Positions 27,900 to 42,800 of a DNA stretch of 64,000 nucleotides are shown piece by piece. The DNA is from Ruditapes philippinarum. Its lineage: Eukaryota. The notes below the pieces were generated by a model. It did not search any database. It saw nothing but the letters and a program-made list of their open reading frames with translations, and had not been told where the DNA came from. The DNA is taken from positions 124,001-188,000 of the forward strand of contig NW_026861690.1 of NCBI RefSeq assembly GCF_026571515.1, written 5' to 3'. The position numbers and the translations under genes were made by a program. Position 1 is the stretch's first letter; every line of letters begins with the position of its first letter.

Positions 27900-30800
27900 G
27901 TAAGTACCTTAGTTGTATTTCATATGATTAATAACGGTGTCTTAAGTTCTGTGATTGTAATTCATTGAGGACTTTGTATCATAAGTACTGAAATTGTATT
28001 ATTATAGGAATGATAAGTGTATCAGAAGTTAATAGATTGTGTTTCATAGATAAATGTATTGTAGCTTTTCATATGAATAATAAATGTATCATAAGTTCTG
28101 AGATTGTATTTCGTAGATAAATGTAACGTAAGTACCGAAAGTGTATTTCATAGAAATGATACCTGTGTATTGTAAGTACTGAAATTGTATTTCATAGAAA
28201 TGTTTACTGTATCTTAAGTACGGAAATTGTATTTTATAGAAATGGTTAGTGTATTGTAGGTTCAGAAATTGTATTTCATAGAATGATAATTGTATCATAC
28301 ATACCAACATTGTATTTCATAGAAATGAATCATGGTCATTTTCAGCTATTAAGCTTGTAGAATGCTGTCACTCTGATGATTTTGGGTAAAGCTTTAAATG
28401 TGCCGTGTCATGACAAAACAAACATAGTGCGTTTGCTACCAGCATGGATCCAGACCAGCCTGCACATTCGGGCAGTCTGATCAGGATCCATGCTGTTTGC
28501 TATCAGTTTCTCTACTGCAAACAGCATGGATCCTGATCAGACTGTGCAAACCCATATGTTGGTATTGTTGTGAAGCGGCTCAAATATGATGAGGTCTACG
28601 ATCATTCAGCTACTTTAGCTTCATCAAGTTATACTTTTGCACTATACTCGAGCCTTGATAAATTGTATGAAGAAATATTGTATGCAATTTTTGAGCAGTT
28701 GTTACATTAATTTGAATATTGCAGAACAGACAATTATTGGAAATGCATGTGGCAAGGGGGAGCACTCAGTGCTTAATGTATGATTTGGTAAAGACAGAGT
28801 TGTGTGGTATATAATAGTAGCTACTTAGTGTATAAATAATACCACCAGTGCTATAGTACCTTCAAAGGATTTTCTTTAAACTTTGCTAACATGTTCTTCA
28901 GTCCTTAGGATAATATAAGGGACATAATATGTTGATGCATATTTTTAAAAGGCCCTGGTAAATGAAAATTTAAATACTGTGAAAACTATTGAATTCAGAC
29001 CCCTTCCAGTCAATTTCCTGAAATCTATGTAGATTATTATGAAAGTTTCCTGAATATGTATTTTTTCCAGTATAAGCAGATATGTGTGAAGGAAACATCC
29101 TGTTAATTGTTTATCAGCAGTTTAGTGGTCACTTACTTTTAATTGAGTTTTAATTGGGTAATGTTACCAAAGTACTGCTATATAACAAGAAGATATTATA
29201 AGATTTTCTTTTCATTTAATGAAAATAAATTGGACGGGGGATTAATATGGATAATGGTGTGTTGAGATTACAGTTTCCTCTGTATTGTCCGTGATTTGTT
29301 TGAGAAAAAAAATCTGTCTTTATGGCAAATGAAAATATTTGAATAATATATATGCTTTTCTCTTGTCGATTCGTGACTCTTATTTGGAAAAATTGCACTT
29401 GCACAACAAATATCAGACATACATACAGTTCAATTAGTGCATTTGTTAAATAAATTCATTAATATCTAAAAGTTCAAAAACTTTAAATTACTTCTAAAAA
29501 CAACTGCTCAAAGATTAGAGCAACTGAACATGTCAACCATGATTGTCTTGCTCTGCTGGACGCTTACTCATCGATTCGTGAAATCAGATTCACCCTGTGA
29601 CGTCATCAAAATATAGGTGCTCACACCACTAAATGTTTGCATGGTTATTTTCAGCCCGATCTGATCAATATATGTTTCAAAGTCTTAAGTAAATTCTTAC
29701 AGCATAATGAATATTTTTTTGGCTTAAGTGTAAGTCTGTTTGATAAATTAAAACATCAATATCGAATATTTTAAAGTAATCAGGTCACCAGCTGATTGTA
29801 GGGTGAGGTCATTTACACCTGTTCATTTACGCATTTTGATTGGATAGAATTGTCAAATTGAGTGTCTTATAAAACTTGTGTAGTTTTCGGATGGTGTATG
29901 TTCTTGCAGAAGAATTTATACCAGACAATTATTTAGGTCACGAATCAATGAGAAGGCACGAATCGATGAGAATAAGGCATACTAGTTTAAAGTGCATCAT
30001 TTTATACAAACACTGTTATAAATGTATATTCTGCTATTTCAATATTCATAAAGTGTGTTATCCTTGGAGACTTAAAATGCATTATATCATTTGCTGATAA
30101 ATTGATTTTGTTTGAAATGAAATTCCTTCAGAACATTGACTTTGGAGAAGAAAAAAAGCTTCGATTTGAAACAAATTTTCATTGATTTTAGTTGATTCAT
30201 TCCTTATACAAATTTTATATTCAAAGTGGTGTGTCACATGACTTTTGTAAAAGACTTCTTTGTTTGTTTTAAGTATTGAGAGAATATTCAATTCGCACCA
30301 CTTGCTCATTATACACCTTTAGTATACCAAGTTCCATAAATTAAAAAAAGTTTAAAGGCTATTTTGAAAGGCATCGGTTCCATATTATTATAATGGTTGA
30401 TAGATACTTATTTTCCTTTTATAAAAGAAAAAAAAAACCTTTTAACTTTTGTCACATAAATCGTTCAAGATATTGAACAAAAATTTCTTGCCGCTTTTCT
30501 TTAGTTGGAGATTTAATAATGAGCGACATTTAAGTCCGTTTTTGTGTATATTTTCAATATAACCAATAATGTGTCATACATTAATAATATGGAATAAAAG
30601 TGTTTAATGTTTGGTTTGTAGACTTATTACAATGATTTTCATAAATATACATAATAAGTATGGAAAAAATGACCCTGTAATCACCAGGTCAGATATCTAT
30701 TGAGATCCAATTTCACATTGAATGGGAGAATTTATTATTTTTACAAGATATAAATCATTATATGGAAGAAAAAAAATCATCATATATATGATCGAGCAAA

Positions 30801-33800
30801 CAAGGTGATTTGGGTGATTTGTAAGTTCACTGTGTTGGAATTTTTTATTTTGGAAGAATGCAGATATGAATAAAAACTGTGAAAAGATAATATGATTTTC
30901 GGATGATTACAGTGTTTCGACTGATGAGATGTTGACTTGAAAACTTGTCAAATGTAAGCATAGAATACAGTGAATGTGTCTTGTATTATGTGGTTATGTT
31001 ACATTAAAGGACTAAGTGGTTAAATTGAAGGAAAAGGGGAATAAGGGGTGGTATTAAGGTTTAAAAGATGCTACAAATTGGACTCAAAATGTAATTTAAA
31101 TGTTAGGAAACATATCTTTTAAAGTTTGCTGTATTATAACATGGCACTGTTTCAGTATTATTTTTTAGCAAACATGCGCAAGGGTTACAAATATACTGAT
31201 GAAACTGCTTGGTCTTAATGTGTCAAAATAGCAACCCACCCAGTGCTTCTGTAATTCACAGACACTCCTGTACTGGTATCATTAATCTCAGTATGTGCTT
31301 TATATCATGGATTCTTCTGTCCAATTCTGATGCCTCCAATGCTTACACAGAATGTTTTACATTTGAGATTATTCTATAAAAAAGCAATGAAATTGATTTT
31401 TCCATTTAACTTTTTGCCTGCTGCCGACAAAAAAAAGCCAGTTGCAGACCAAGATTTTCAGGCACATCTGTGTTGTTTGATTATCAATCTGCACTGTCTG
31501 CTAGTAATTAGTAATTATCTTGAAATTTTCTCTAAAAGTGATAAATGGTTTTGCTGAGATTAGGATTTACATTGTACTTAGATGAGTAAAGATCCTTGTT
31601 GTAAAGTTAAATATCATTCAAATGCACAAGTCCATCTTGAAATCTGGTCATAACTTTTCAGTATTTTTAAGGAGCATTTCAAATTATGTACATTACAGTG
31701 CAGAGATAAAATCATATGGCACTGATATCTACTGACTGATTGTGGTCTGCACTTGTCACAGGGGTACAGTTTGTTGCCACCAGAAGGCTAAGAGTAAAGA
31801 AGATATTAATTATTTAAGAGAATTACGTTAAAAAATGTGACAACAATTTTAAAGGCTTAACTGTGGATACTTTTCATTATCTCAGTTGAAGACTGTTGTA
31901 TTTTGCATTTAAGCAAAGAGATAAGATAAGTACAAAACAAGATACATTTTTATAGATCAGATTTTCTCACCTGTAGTAGTTACAAACTGTGTAGGAGTGG
32001 CAATTAACATCATTGCCAAACTGCCAGGCTCCTACTGTCTTACAGAATTGATCAGGTAAAATACTGAGTTGCTTATCATATTTGATATTTCTACACGATT
32101 GTGAAAAGGATAGGGAATCTTGAGAATTATATGCATTCTATGAGATCTTGGATGCTTAAAATTTTTAAACAAGATAGATAGTTTAATTTCCAGCCCATAA
32201 CAAACATAAAATAAAGTATACACAGATCTTCAACAATTCTTTAAAAAAAAAAAAAAATTAATGTTAGTTTAAATAGGAGATAAATGAAACAAAGTATTGA
32301 CCTTTATTCAAATTCCTTTCTCTGAATCAAATAGCATTGCTAATTTTTAGTATGGATTTTTAAATAAGAACAATTTCCTAATAGTAATATCAATTAAGTC
32401 TTAAGTATTAGCAAGATATTGTGACAGTTTTGTATATTTGGGAAATAGAATATAAAAACCTTAATATTTAGGGGTTTTGGTTGTCTTCATTTATATGAAT
32501 TAAAAGTGTATTGTACAGTTTTTGTGTAACACAAATTATATGGACATACCTACTGAGAGTACTCTAAGCTTACATATGTTAATGTCACTTAACTTCTTAA
32601 ATCATATAGAAATAGCACAACAATTAGCCAGTCAATCAAATGTGTTATGGAAACCAATGAGAACTAGGCTTTGAAGTAAAAGCAAGATGTCAAATGCAAT
32701 TGCAACCATTCCCAATTACTGTAGCTATGAAACATTCAAGACTGGCTTTTCTGAAGGTATAGGAGTATATAGTGAGACTACAACAGCACCTGAAAATGCC
32801 AAATATCCAAACAGAATCAGAGTGTTATACTGGGGAAAAGAGTGGAAAGTAAAAGCTACATTTCTCGTAGATGCAAATAATAATACGAAATGCGTGCCAA
32901 AAAATTTGAAATTGGCAAATAGTTGCGACTGGTTTGATGCATACAGTGTGCAGTATGATGACAAGGCGAAAGATCACATATCATCGTCAGGGGAGGATGT
33001 TGTTGAGGATCATTACCAGGACATTGAAGATGAATTAAACGAGAGAATCATATCTGTTGTGTCAAATTCAGATGATTCGGGATTATCTAGCAGTAGAAAT
33101 AGTACGGCAAAGTCTTGGAGACGGAGGATTGAACGCGAGACTGAAAGCTTTCGATATTCGGCAGAGAAAGGTTGCATTGAGTGGCTTGAGACTGGCAGTA
33201 TTGGACTAAAGAAAACAAACTCAGATCAGGACCTTATTAGGTCATTTGAAGAACAATTCAAACGGAGGAAGTTTGGCGTAAAACTTTCTGATAAGATAAA
33301 ATCTGAAAACGTGACCGTAAATGAAAGTGGAATGTTTCCGGTGTGCCAAACTCATTTACATAGAAAGTTTGGTACGGATAACAGTTTATGTGAGGATGTT
33401 CAGACATTTAATGCAGGGGAGAGTACTCTAGAAGAAGAAGTGTTTGAAGAGGATTTGTACTATCTTGGACCACCAAAGGTATGTTAATTATCTCCCCTTG
33501 TATTTTACTGAAAGGAGAAATTCAATCAAAACTTCAATCAAATCTTATACTTGTTTAAACAAGCAATAGTTTCCTATCTTCAATAGATAAATTTTATTTT
33601 CAGAATATTTCTCACCCTATGTGTTTTTGATTATAAAATCAATTGCATTCAATTTAATACAGGAGTATAATCCTATAGCAATGAAAATTCTCAAGTTTAA
33701 AATTCCATAGTGATTCTTGCTTAGCATTTTTTGCTATCAGCGGTTTATAATCAAGGTAACAATCATTGTTTGAAGTGGACAGGTTTTTGTTAATCTACCC

Positions 33801-36800
33801 ACTGTACACCTCACCTGACCTAGATTATCTCTTGTGTGTAACCCAGTTACCTTAATTGCCTGTAATATTATCATAGGACCATTGTAAAAACAGCAGAAAT
33901 GACAGCATCTACCATCATAATTTAGACATGTACTGCCTTGATGTGAGACTCCAGTATACACACACATTGCAATACTGCACTTTACCTGCAGAAGGGTATG
34001 TACATGATAAATTACAACCCCCACATGACAGTTTTCCCAGGCTTTCAAACTTGGTTTTTGGAATGTTGTACAAGATTGGGTATCATTTTGACAAGATTTG
34101 GAACTTACAGATAAAATTATGTTGCCATTATTATTTATCATATTATGATTATCAACAAGAATAATATCATAAAAATGTGGGATATCTGCAGCAATGAAAC
34201 TGGTTATAAGGTTTGGATAGGGATACTTGGTACTGGAATATGAGCAAGCGAGAATTCGTTGGTATCACTTTAATACAATATCAGTTCATTGGTACTGGTA
34301 TAGTATCATTTCATTGGTACTGTGGTACAATATCATATCATTTTGTTGGTACTGATACAGAATTGTACCATTTCGTTGACTGTGGTACAATATCATATCA
34401 TTTTGTTGGTACTGATACAGATTTGTACCATTTCGTTGACTGTGGTACAATATCATATCATTTTGTTGGTACTGATACAGATTTGTATCATTTTGTTGGT
34501 ACTGTGGTACAATATCATATCATTTTGTTGGTACTGGTACAAGAATCGTACCATTTCGTCATTAACAGTATCCAATAGAGACAAACAGATTCCCTAAAGA
34601 ACGCTCAAAACGACAGAATTAAAAATTGTTGCAGGCTTGGTTTGATTAAGCCTTAGCTGATGATTTTTAAGCCCTCTCACAGATGAGTGTTACAAGACTC
34701 TGTAACTGATTGCTGGTCTTTGATATAAAATTACCCAAAAATAAACAAAATCTAAATAAAGACATACAATGAACAGTTTCAAATCAAAGAAGGATAATGC
34801 CATGTCTATGATAACATTTAGTTTAGCATTTTTAAAATAAAGGGAAAAAGGAACATGATGTTTAAAATAAGGAGGGCTATGTGTACATGTGAAATCATAT
34901 CTACGGGTGGCCATGATCATTACCCCTTCTTACAGTGCTAGTTTGATGTACTTTAGTTTCTAATGATCGAAGCAAATGTATGTTGAAGAAATTTGGTAGA
35001 TTATAACATTAAGTTTACTTTGTTGTTTAAAAAATATTCAACTGTTTCTTTCATTAAAGAACATCAGTTCTGTTGAGACTTTGTGACATACACAGTAAGC
35101 GGTGTTCACAGTAACAGCGTTCACAGAAATAGGGTTCATATTAAGGGTGTTTACAGAAATGGTGTTCACAGTAATGGTGTTCACATTAAAGGTGTTCACA
35201 GTAACAGTGTTCACAGTAATGGTGTTTACATTAAAGGTGTTTACAGAAATGGTGTTCACAGTAATGGTGTTCACATTAAAGGTGTTCACAGTAACAGTGT
35301 TCACAGTAATGGTGTTTACATTAAAGGTGTTCACAGTAACAGTGTTCACAGTAATGGTGTTCACATTAAAGGTGTTCACAGTAATGGTGTTCACAGTAAT
35401 GGTGTTCACATTAAAGGTGTTCACAGTAATGGTGTTCACAGTAATGGTGTTCACATTAAAGGTGTTCACAGTAACAGTGTTCACAGTAATGGTGTTCACA
35501 TTAAAGGTGTTCACAGTAATGGTGTTCACAGTAATGGTGTTCACATTAAAGGTGTTCACAGTAATGGTGTTCACAGTAATGGTGTTCACATTAAAGGTGT
35601 TCACAGTAATGGTGTTCACATTAAAGGTGTTCACATTAAAGGTGTTCACAGTAATGGTGTTCACAGTAATGGTGTTCACATTAAAGGTGTTCACAGTAAC
35701 AGTGTTCACAGTAATGGTGTTCACATTAAAGGTGTTCAAAGTAATGGTGTTCACAGTTACAGTGTTGACCGAATTTAAGGCACCCCACGATATATTATCT
35801 TGATATATTATGTTGTAATGCTGTTTTTTAGCAAGTATACTCTACTGTCAGTCTAGCTTTCATTGAAATATTCTTGGAAAATACACACATAGCTTGAATA
35901 GTTTGGCATTCAGTTTTCTTAATTAATAGTGTAGTATTTGAAGAGAGAATTGCTGATGGTGTATATATAAGATATTGGCCACACACCAACCATAACAGAT
36001 CTCAATCTAGAAATTTGATTAGTATATTCTAATTGCTTTGCTTTTGTGTATTTAGTAAGTGATTCATGGCTAAAAGTAGCAATACTTGAGTACAATATAG
36101 GTTTATTGCACTAGTAGTGTTCAGAAAATAATGTTACTTATATTGGAACACTTCATGCGTGAGTTGCCCATATGGATTTCCATGCCAAACTTATCACACA
36201 CTGTGAGTAGAATGAATCTTAAAAGTAGAAAAATTATGTAATGAACACTTTATTTACAAGGACAGTTTTTGAAATGATTTTATGTAACTAATCTGTAAGG
36301 TTTCGGACTTGGAATCATCACTTGCACCTTTACCAATCTGGGTTTGAATCCAGCCATTGGCTTGAGATTAATACTTTTATCAGAAGGTATATCCATGCAG
36401 TCAATTTACAGATAGTCTCTGACACTAACAAAGTTCCTACTTCTTCTTATTAAATGGTTAAGTCTTGAGGGTCATCTGAGGTGACTTCTCCCAGCTTGAA
36501 AGCTGTAAACTTATAAGCCATACAACTCTAATATTTTCTGTATAGCTTGAACCTTAAATCTTCTGGCAGCAACAGAATCTACCCATGTGACCAGTGCAGA
36601 CTAAGATGATGATGGCAGCAGCAGAAACATCTGTGCTTTCTGATCGTGATCTGCAGTGTCCATTTTGAAACTTTTAATAAAAATAATGAATGGTTTTGTT
36701 GTGATTGACAGGTGAACATGTTCATTTTATATATTTAGAGGGTTTTTTTAGAGTCAAACCTTCTTCCCTCCCTGGCTTAAGAAAAGGTGGAAAGATGCTC

Positions 36801-39800
36801 GTGTTTCAAAAAGATTTTATTCTACATCCAACGCCCTGATTGACAAAAAAGAAATTATCATATTAAAAGTTGCTTGAATATTTTAAGATTTTAACTATTT
36901 TCATAATTATAGTAATAGACAGAAATTTGTCAAGTTTAAAAATAGCCCAAGGATATGCCTCAGCATTTCTGTTATATATACATATTATACAATCAGATAA
37001 AAATTTAGCTCGCTTTTTTGATGTACCAAACTTTAACAATGATAATGGATTGTGCTTTATTAGAATTTTAATGTCGGATGAACATGAATTGATTTTAGTT
37101 ATTTTATCAATTTTAATCATTTTGAATTTCATGTAATTTGAATTTATGATAGTGCTTAGATAAAGCTTTTATATAATAGAACTATTCTCTGTGGTGTATG
37201 ATTGCGATTATTAGAAAAGAACTGCTTTGAAATTAGTAGGCATTTAAATGGATAGATAAGAAATGGCTTTTAATTTTAGATAATGTGAGCTGTCAATTAT
37301 TTACTACACAGTACTGAGAGGTCTTTTCTCTCTTGTTATTGATAAATATTTCATAAAAAAAAAAAAAGAGAAGATTTTTATCTATAGATTACCTTAATAT
37401 GTACCAGAGAAACTATTTTTATACTCCCTACCTAGTAAGGTTAGAATTTTACTGAAACTATTCATCGAATGATTTATCGAAAACCTTATGTACACGTACA
37501 GTGCAAACAGTTTATAAAAGTTTCTATAGGCTGTACTTGAAAAGAAATATTTTTCAATGATTTATTTTTTCTGTCATAATCTGTAAGATAAAAGCCGTTT
37601 TAATCTTAGACCTGATAAATTTTAAGGCTTCGCACTATGTGTCATTATTTTAAACTTTGTACAAGTCGCCCATAAAATGTGCATTTTTCAAAGACATAAA
37701 ATGCATATTTGAACTTAAAGGCCCTTCACCACATTCCTTTCGCTTGATAATTTGGTGTAACATTTGATTTGATTGGGTAACAGTGACATAATTTCCTGTA
37801 AGAGACAGTTTGATTGGCTGACAAGTGACCTTACGTTTGAGTGTATTGTAGTGAATTCAAGTGTGTCTACATACTGAAAAATAGAAGAGTAAAATTTATC
37901 ATAACCGCTACACTTGAGTTATGTTGATAGATGAAATCCTGTTTTAAGATTTTTCGATAGTCGCTTTTTTAGGTATAGGGGATTAAAACTGCCGACTGTC
38001 TGTATGTTAAAAGCGTCATTAAGAAATGTAAACAGTTGGAATTAAAAACGGGCTTTATAAAAATGTTGTGAAAAGTTTAAAAAAAGAAGTATACAAAGCA
38101 ATTCTTGTGTTTATTCTATGGATTTATTGAAAAATTATGATGACAGAATAGTGTTATTACGAGGGAATAGTTTGTTAACGGTTATTGGTGAAATGATGAT
38201 TTATGTACTTTGAATGTATGGATTTATTATTCTATTGAATATATCAATGAAATGTTCGTCATAAACTTGCATCATGTGGTTTTGAAGAAATAGAACTTTT
38301 TTATAGGGATATTATTTAAGGATATAAAATAAGCACTGTCTGTATACAAGAAAAGAATAATATGTTGTTTATCATTGGGGTTTGAACCATCATTAAATAA
38401 GAGATGATTTGTTTCAAAGATTACATGAAGACGTAAAAGAAATAACTGGCTTAAAAGTTGGTCATGAAATTTTCTCCTTTACGTACCGAATTTATACAAA
38501 TTGTTTTTGTACCGAATTTGTGCAAACATTTCAAGTGTACAATATAACTGCACTTTTTTGTTTGCTTCGCTGCATTTTAAACACATTTCAAGGTGTTGAG
38601 TGTCATAAGATAGCAACGTTTAAATAAATTAAGAAATAGTTACGTCAGTTGGGGCTGTATTTGCATGCTTGTGGTATAAAGTTTTAATGGGAAATTTATT
38701 TCAAAAGTGAATAATAAATTTTAAATTATGCCAGTTTCAAACATAACTTGAATAATGTAAATTGTCATCTTGGCTCAAGACTAATGTAAATGCAAAATGA
38801 ATAAAGGAACAGGTGCGATAGTGTGGCGCTGAGGCGACGGATATTTATATATATAAGATATACATGTATAAATATGTGCGATGCTTCATAATCTTTAAAT
38901 GACAGATGCATGTGGCCTTGTCTAGATTTTAGGTATTCATAACCTTGAGTCAGTTAAATTATATTTTTCATGTAAAAATGAAGAAAAAATATACATGCCA
39001 TCAAAATTTTAATCAATTCTGTTTTGAAATATGATATTTTGTGATGGTAATTTCTTGATTTCAGTGAATATGATATGGAATTTTTGAAAGATATAATTTA
39101 TATATCTTATTAAATCAAAGATTGGGAAAGAAAAATACAATATTTTCAATAATCGGTCAATTTTCTTGTTCAATATGAGAAAATTATATAAAATCATGAT
39201 AATTTCCCGATTAATTTGCCGGTTTTGTTTTAGTTGTGGCTTTTTTTGCTCTTAAATATTGAGCTGTCTTGACCTTTAACATTTGAAATTTTAAAGTGTT
39301 TAGATATCCCCTGTGGTTAATGATGACCAGATTATTATGTACTCCATATGTCACAAAGAAATTTTTACGATCAAATTTTGAAAGTTTCCGAAGCTTCACA
39401 TTTTTATTACAAGTTTATACATTAAGTCCTGAATGTTTGGTCACTCAAATAGTAATTAATTAACCCTTAACATGCTAAATATCTTAAATGGACTTGTCTG
39501 TCTTTTAATCTGGAAAAAATCATTCATCACAATAGGGAAAAATTTCAAAATAACTAAGGAATGAACAGTGAAGATCATGAACAGAAATCATGGATGGCTT
39601 TTAACTAAATTTTAATTCTAAGCTACTTGCTATGTTTCAATGATTTGTATACAATAATGACTTATATCCTGTATTCTCCCGACTTTCTTCAATGGACCAG
39701 TCCAGTTTCCACTTTAAGAACTGCCCATTTAATATCAATATTTTGGGATAACAAGACAATAAAATTAAATTAAAAGGTCTGCAAACCATATATGTGCCTA

Positions 39801-42800
39801 GATAGGCTGACCTGGCCTTACACTCATGGCAAAGACTTTCAAGCAGGGGAAGGGTTGAAAATGACTTTACAAGTTATAGGTGAGGGCTGGTTGCTTTAAA
39901 TTTGGGTACCGCTTTGGATATTTATAGTGATATGTTTCAGAATGATACAAATTTTCATTTGAAAACAATGATGAGGCCAAGTCACTTTAAGCTTGATATA
40001 AGCATGTATGATGTATAGGTTTTGTCCACATAGTTGACATATTTAAGGTGTTTGTTTACATTCCCATGATCAATAGACACCACTATATATTACACAGTAA
40101 AATAAGCTTCAGGTTTCATTCCAAACATTAACAAACAAACTATGTTTAGTTTCCTTATTGTGTATATCAAAATATTTAATAAATGTCAATAAAGAAATAG
40201 GTGAGCGGGGGAGGTAGAGTAGAGGGTGGGCACATTCTGGACTGTAATTAAGGCTTAATTGTTAGAGGTTGGATACTTACCTTTTGTTATATAGATCATG
40301 CTCAAGATTTGTTTTCTATATAATTGATAATTCATTTCTTCTGTATTTTCATAATATTGACTCTTAAATTACAAGTTGTAAGTATAAACAAACTTGACTC
40401 CACCACAGTGATTAAGTGGAGAAGTTAATAATGACATGTGGAGGAAAATGTCAGATGGGATACAGAAACTTGTTTATTTGATTAATGATTATGAGTAACC
40501 TTAGAAAACTTGTACAAAGATAAGTTTTGTTGAAATTATGATAAAGACTTAAGATATTCAGTCACTTTAATCTATAAAAAATCACTATTTATAATCAGCC
40601 TTAAGTCAACAGTAATACTGGGAATAATCAGACTGTACTCACAAATATGTAAGGAGAGGTAGTGATCCCAAATTCCTTTTCCTAAAATGATGTGACTTTT
40701 TTATTTTTTCTGTACTAGATTAACCTGTTTTAATAAAATAAACGGGATCATCTCACCCACAAAGATAGATATGAAAAGTATAATGATGTATGAAATATGC
40801 ACATTCCTAGGGTGTGTAATTAATGGGGGAAATCTCAGCCGCTTTGGTTGAAGTTGAGAATATTATAAAACATACTTCAAGACCAAGTGAATATTGTCAC
40901 TTGTTTTTCTGGTGACTTTTTTTTCTGACTTATTCAAAGGTAATTTCTGATGCTAAAGGAGCTGATTTCATACATGTATAATATGTGTAAAATATAAACA
41001 CATTGAAAATAAACTGAAAATAAAATTGACATTTTATTGCTTAAAAAATTAAGAAATTTACAGACCTTTCATTACGGGGAGAGTTTTGTTTTGGTTGGCC
41101 TTAAATTTGAGACAGATATAGTTGTATTTGTTGATTAATGAATGTAAAAGTTTCATACTGTAATTTATAATGGATATGTTTTATCATTTTATACTATAAA
41201 AATACTGGCAAGTGAAGGGGGAAAAAAGAAATATGTAGGGAGGTGATAAACAAGTGTGGAATTTCACTTCTACTTGATAAAAACTGACATAGTTTACAGT
41301 AGAGGGACACTGTTCAAGAAAAAAAAAATAGTTTGAAACTAGGAACATATGATATGGCTATCTTGAAATGTGTTTAAATGTGGCTGTTTGGTAAATATTA
41401 AGTGAGCAAATTTGGAAAAGAAAACATTTATCACAAAATTTGGATTTTATTTTAATATTATTATTTATTTATTTATTTATTTTTTTTTAGTGAATGTTAA
41501 CAAAATGTAAGGATTAGTAATTTCTGAGTAAAGGAGATTATTTGTTGATTTTATGAATGTGTGTTTAATAACGGATAAAAAACAAAATTATATATATTTT
41601 TGTATTACCAACCATGAGCCAACAGCTTAATGTATTAAATGAAAAATAATACAGAATTAGGGCAGTTTTGAATTTAATTTTTTAAGAAGCATGTTAAATT
41701 GAAGTTTTTATTGGGTTGGAATGTCAAATATAAAGTGTCAGACCAGCAAAAAATTATTCCAGGCTTAAATTTAAATGTCAAATGTATTCTTTGCCTCATT
41801 TTTGTAAATATTTTATTCATCATATGGGCTGGAAATATTCTTCTTTTTTTATCTTTTAGAAAATTAACAGTGCAGCTGTTACCAGTGACTAACCTTAGTG
41901 TTAAAATGAGCCGTGTCACGACAAAACCAACATAATGGGGTTGCGACTAGCATGGATCCAGACCAGCCTGCGCATCCGCGCAGTCTGATCAGGATCCATA
42001 TTGTTCGCTAACAAACCCTATAACAAGTAGAGAACAGCATGGATCCTGGTTAGTCCAACTAATTGTACTGCGCGACGAGATATTGTGCTATTTTCGTGTT
42101 TTGGCAATATCTCGCCTCTACGAGATTCTGTCCCAGAACGAAAATATCTCAGAATCAAGCTCTGGCACGTCAATATATTTTGACTAGGATCCTGATCAGA
42201 TTGCGCGGATGTGCAGGCTGGTCTGGATCCATGCTGGTCGCAAACCCATTATGTTGGTTTTATCATGACATGGCTCAAATATTCTTTTCATGTTGCCATG
42301 AACAATTAATTGGATTATAGAAAGCAGGTTTTAGGGTCAATTCATTAACTTTGTATTAAGTGGAATTTTTTCTTGGCTTTTAAAGTTCATCAGATAAATC
42401 ATATTTATTTTTTTTAAATTTCAAACTTAAACATTTTGGAAGTCAAAATTGGGTATTTAGTAATTTCTTTCCATTTTCAAACCACTTAGTGTCTTTAAAC
42501 AAAATCAACAGATTTTTAAAAAGAAACGTTGTGTTTGAAATTATGGCTTATACTGTAATTGATGTTCAAATATCTTGACCATTAGTGCATTCACCTGAGT
42601 TTAAACATAAGTGCGGTCAATTATTAAAACATACTTTTATCAAACTATGCTCTCTTTAATAGACATCAGATTCTGAAAAAATAAAATCAAGAGTATAAGT
42701 AAATAACTATTGAAATTGAAGTATTTATTCGAAATTTTCTGTTGTCATCATATTAGAATAACCGTTACTTAAACAGGTGTGATTTTGTAAATACTAGAAA

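Noticed and set aside
33737-34141. 134-aa Cys-rich minus-strand ORF
   Set aside because: No recognisable domain or supporting exon structure; it is antisense within an intron.
35038-35803. Three 231-238-aa repetitive ORFs
   Set aside because: They are by-products of a stop-free 15-bp minisatellite, with no splice signals or unique sequence.
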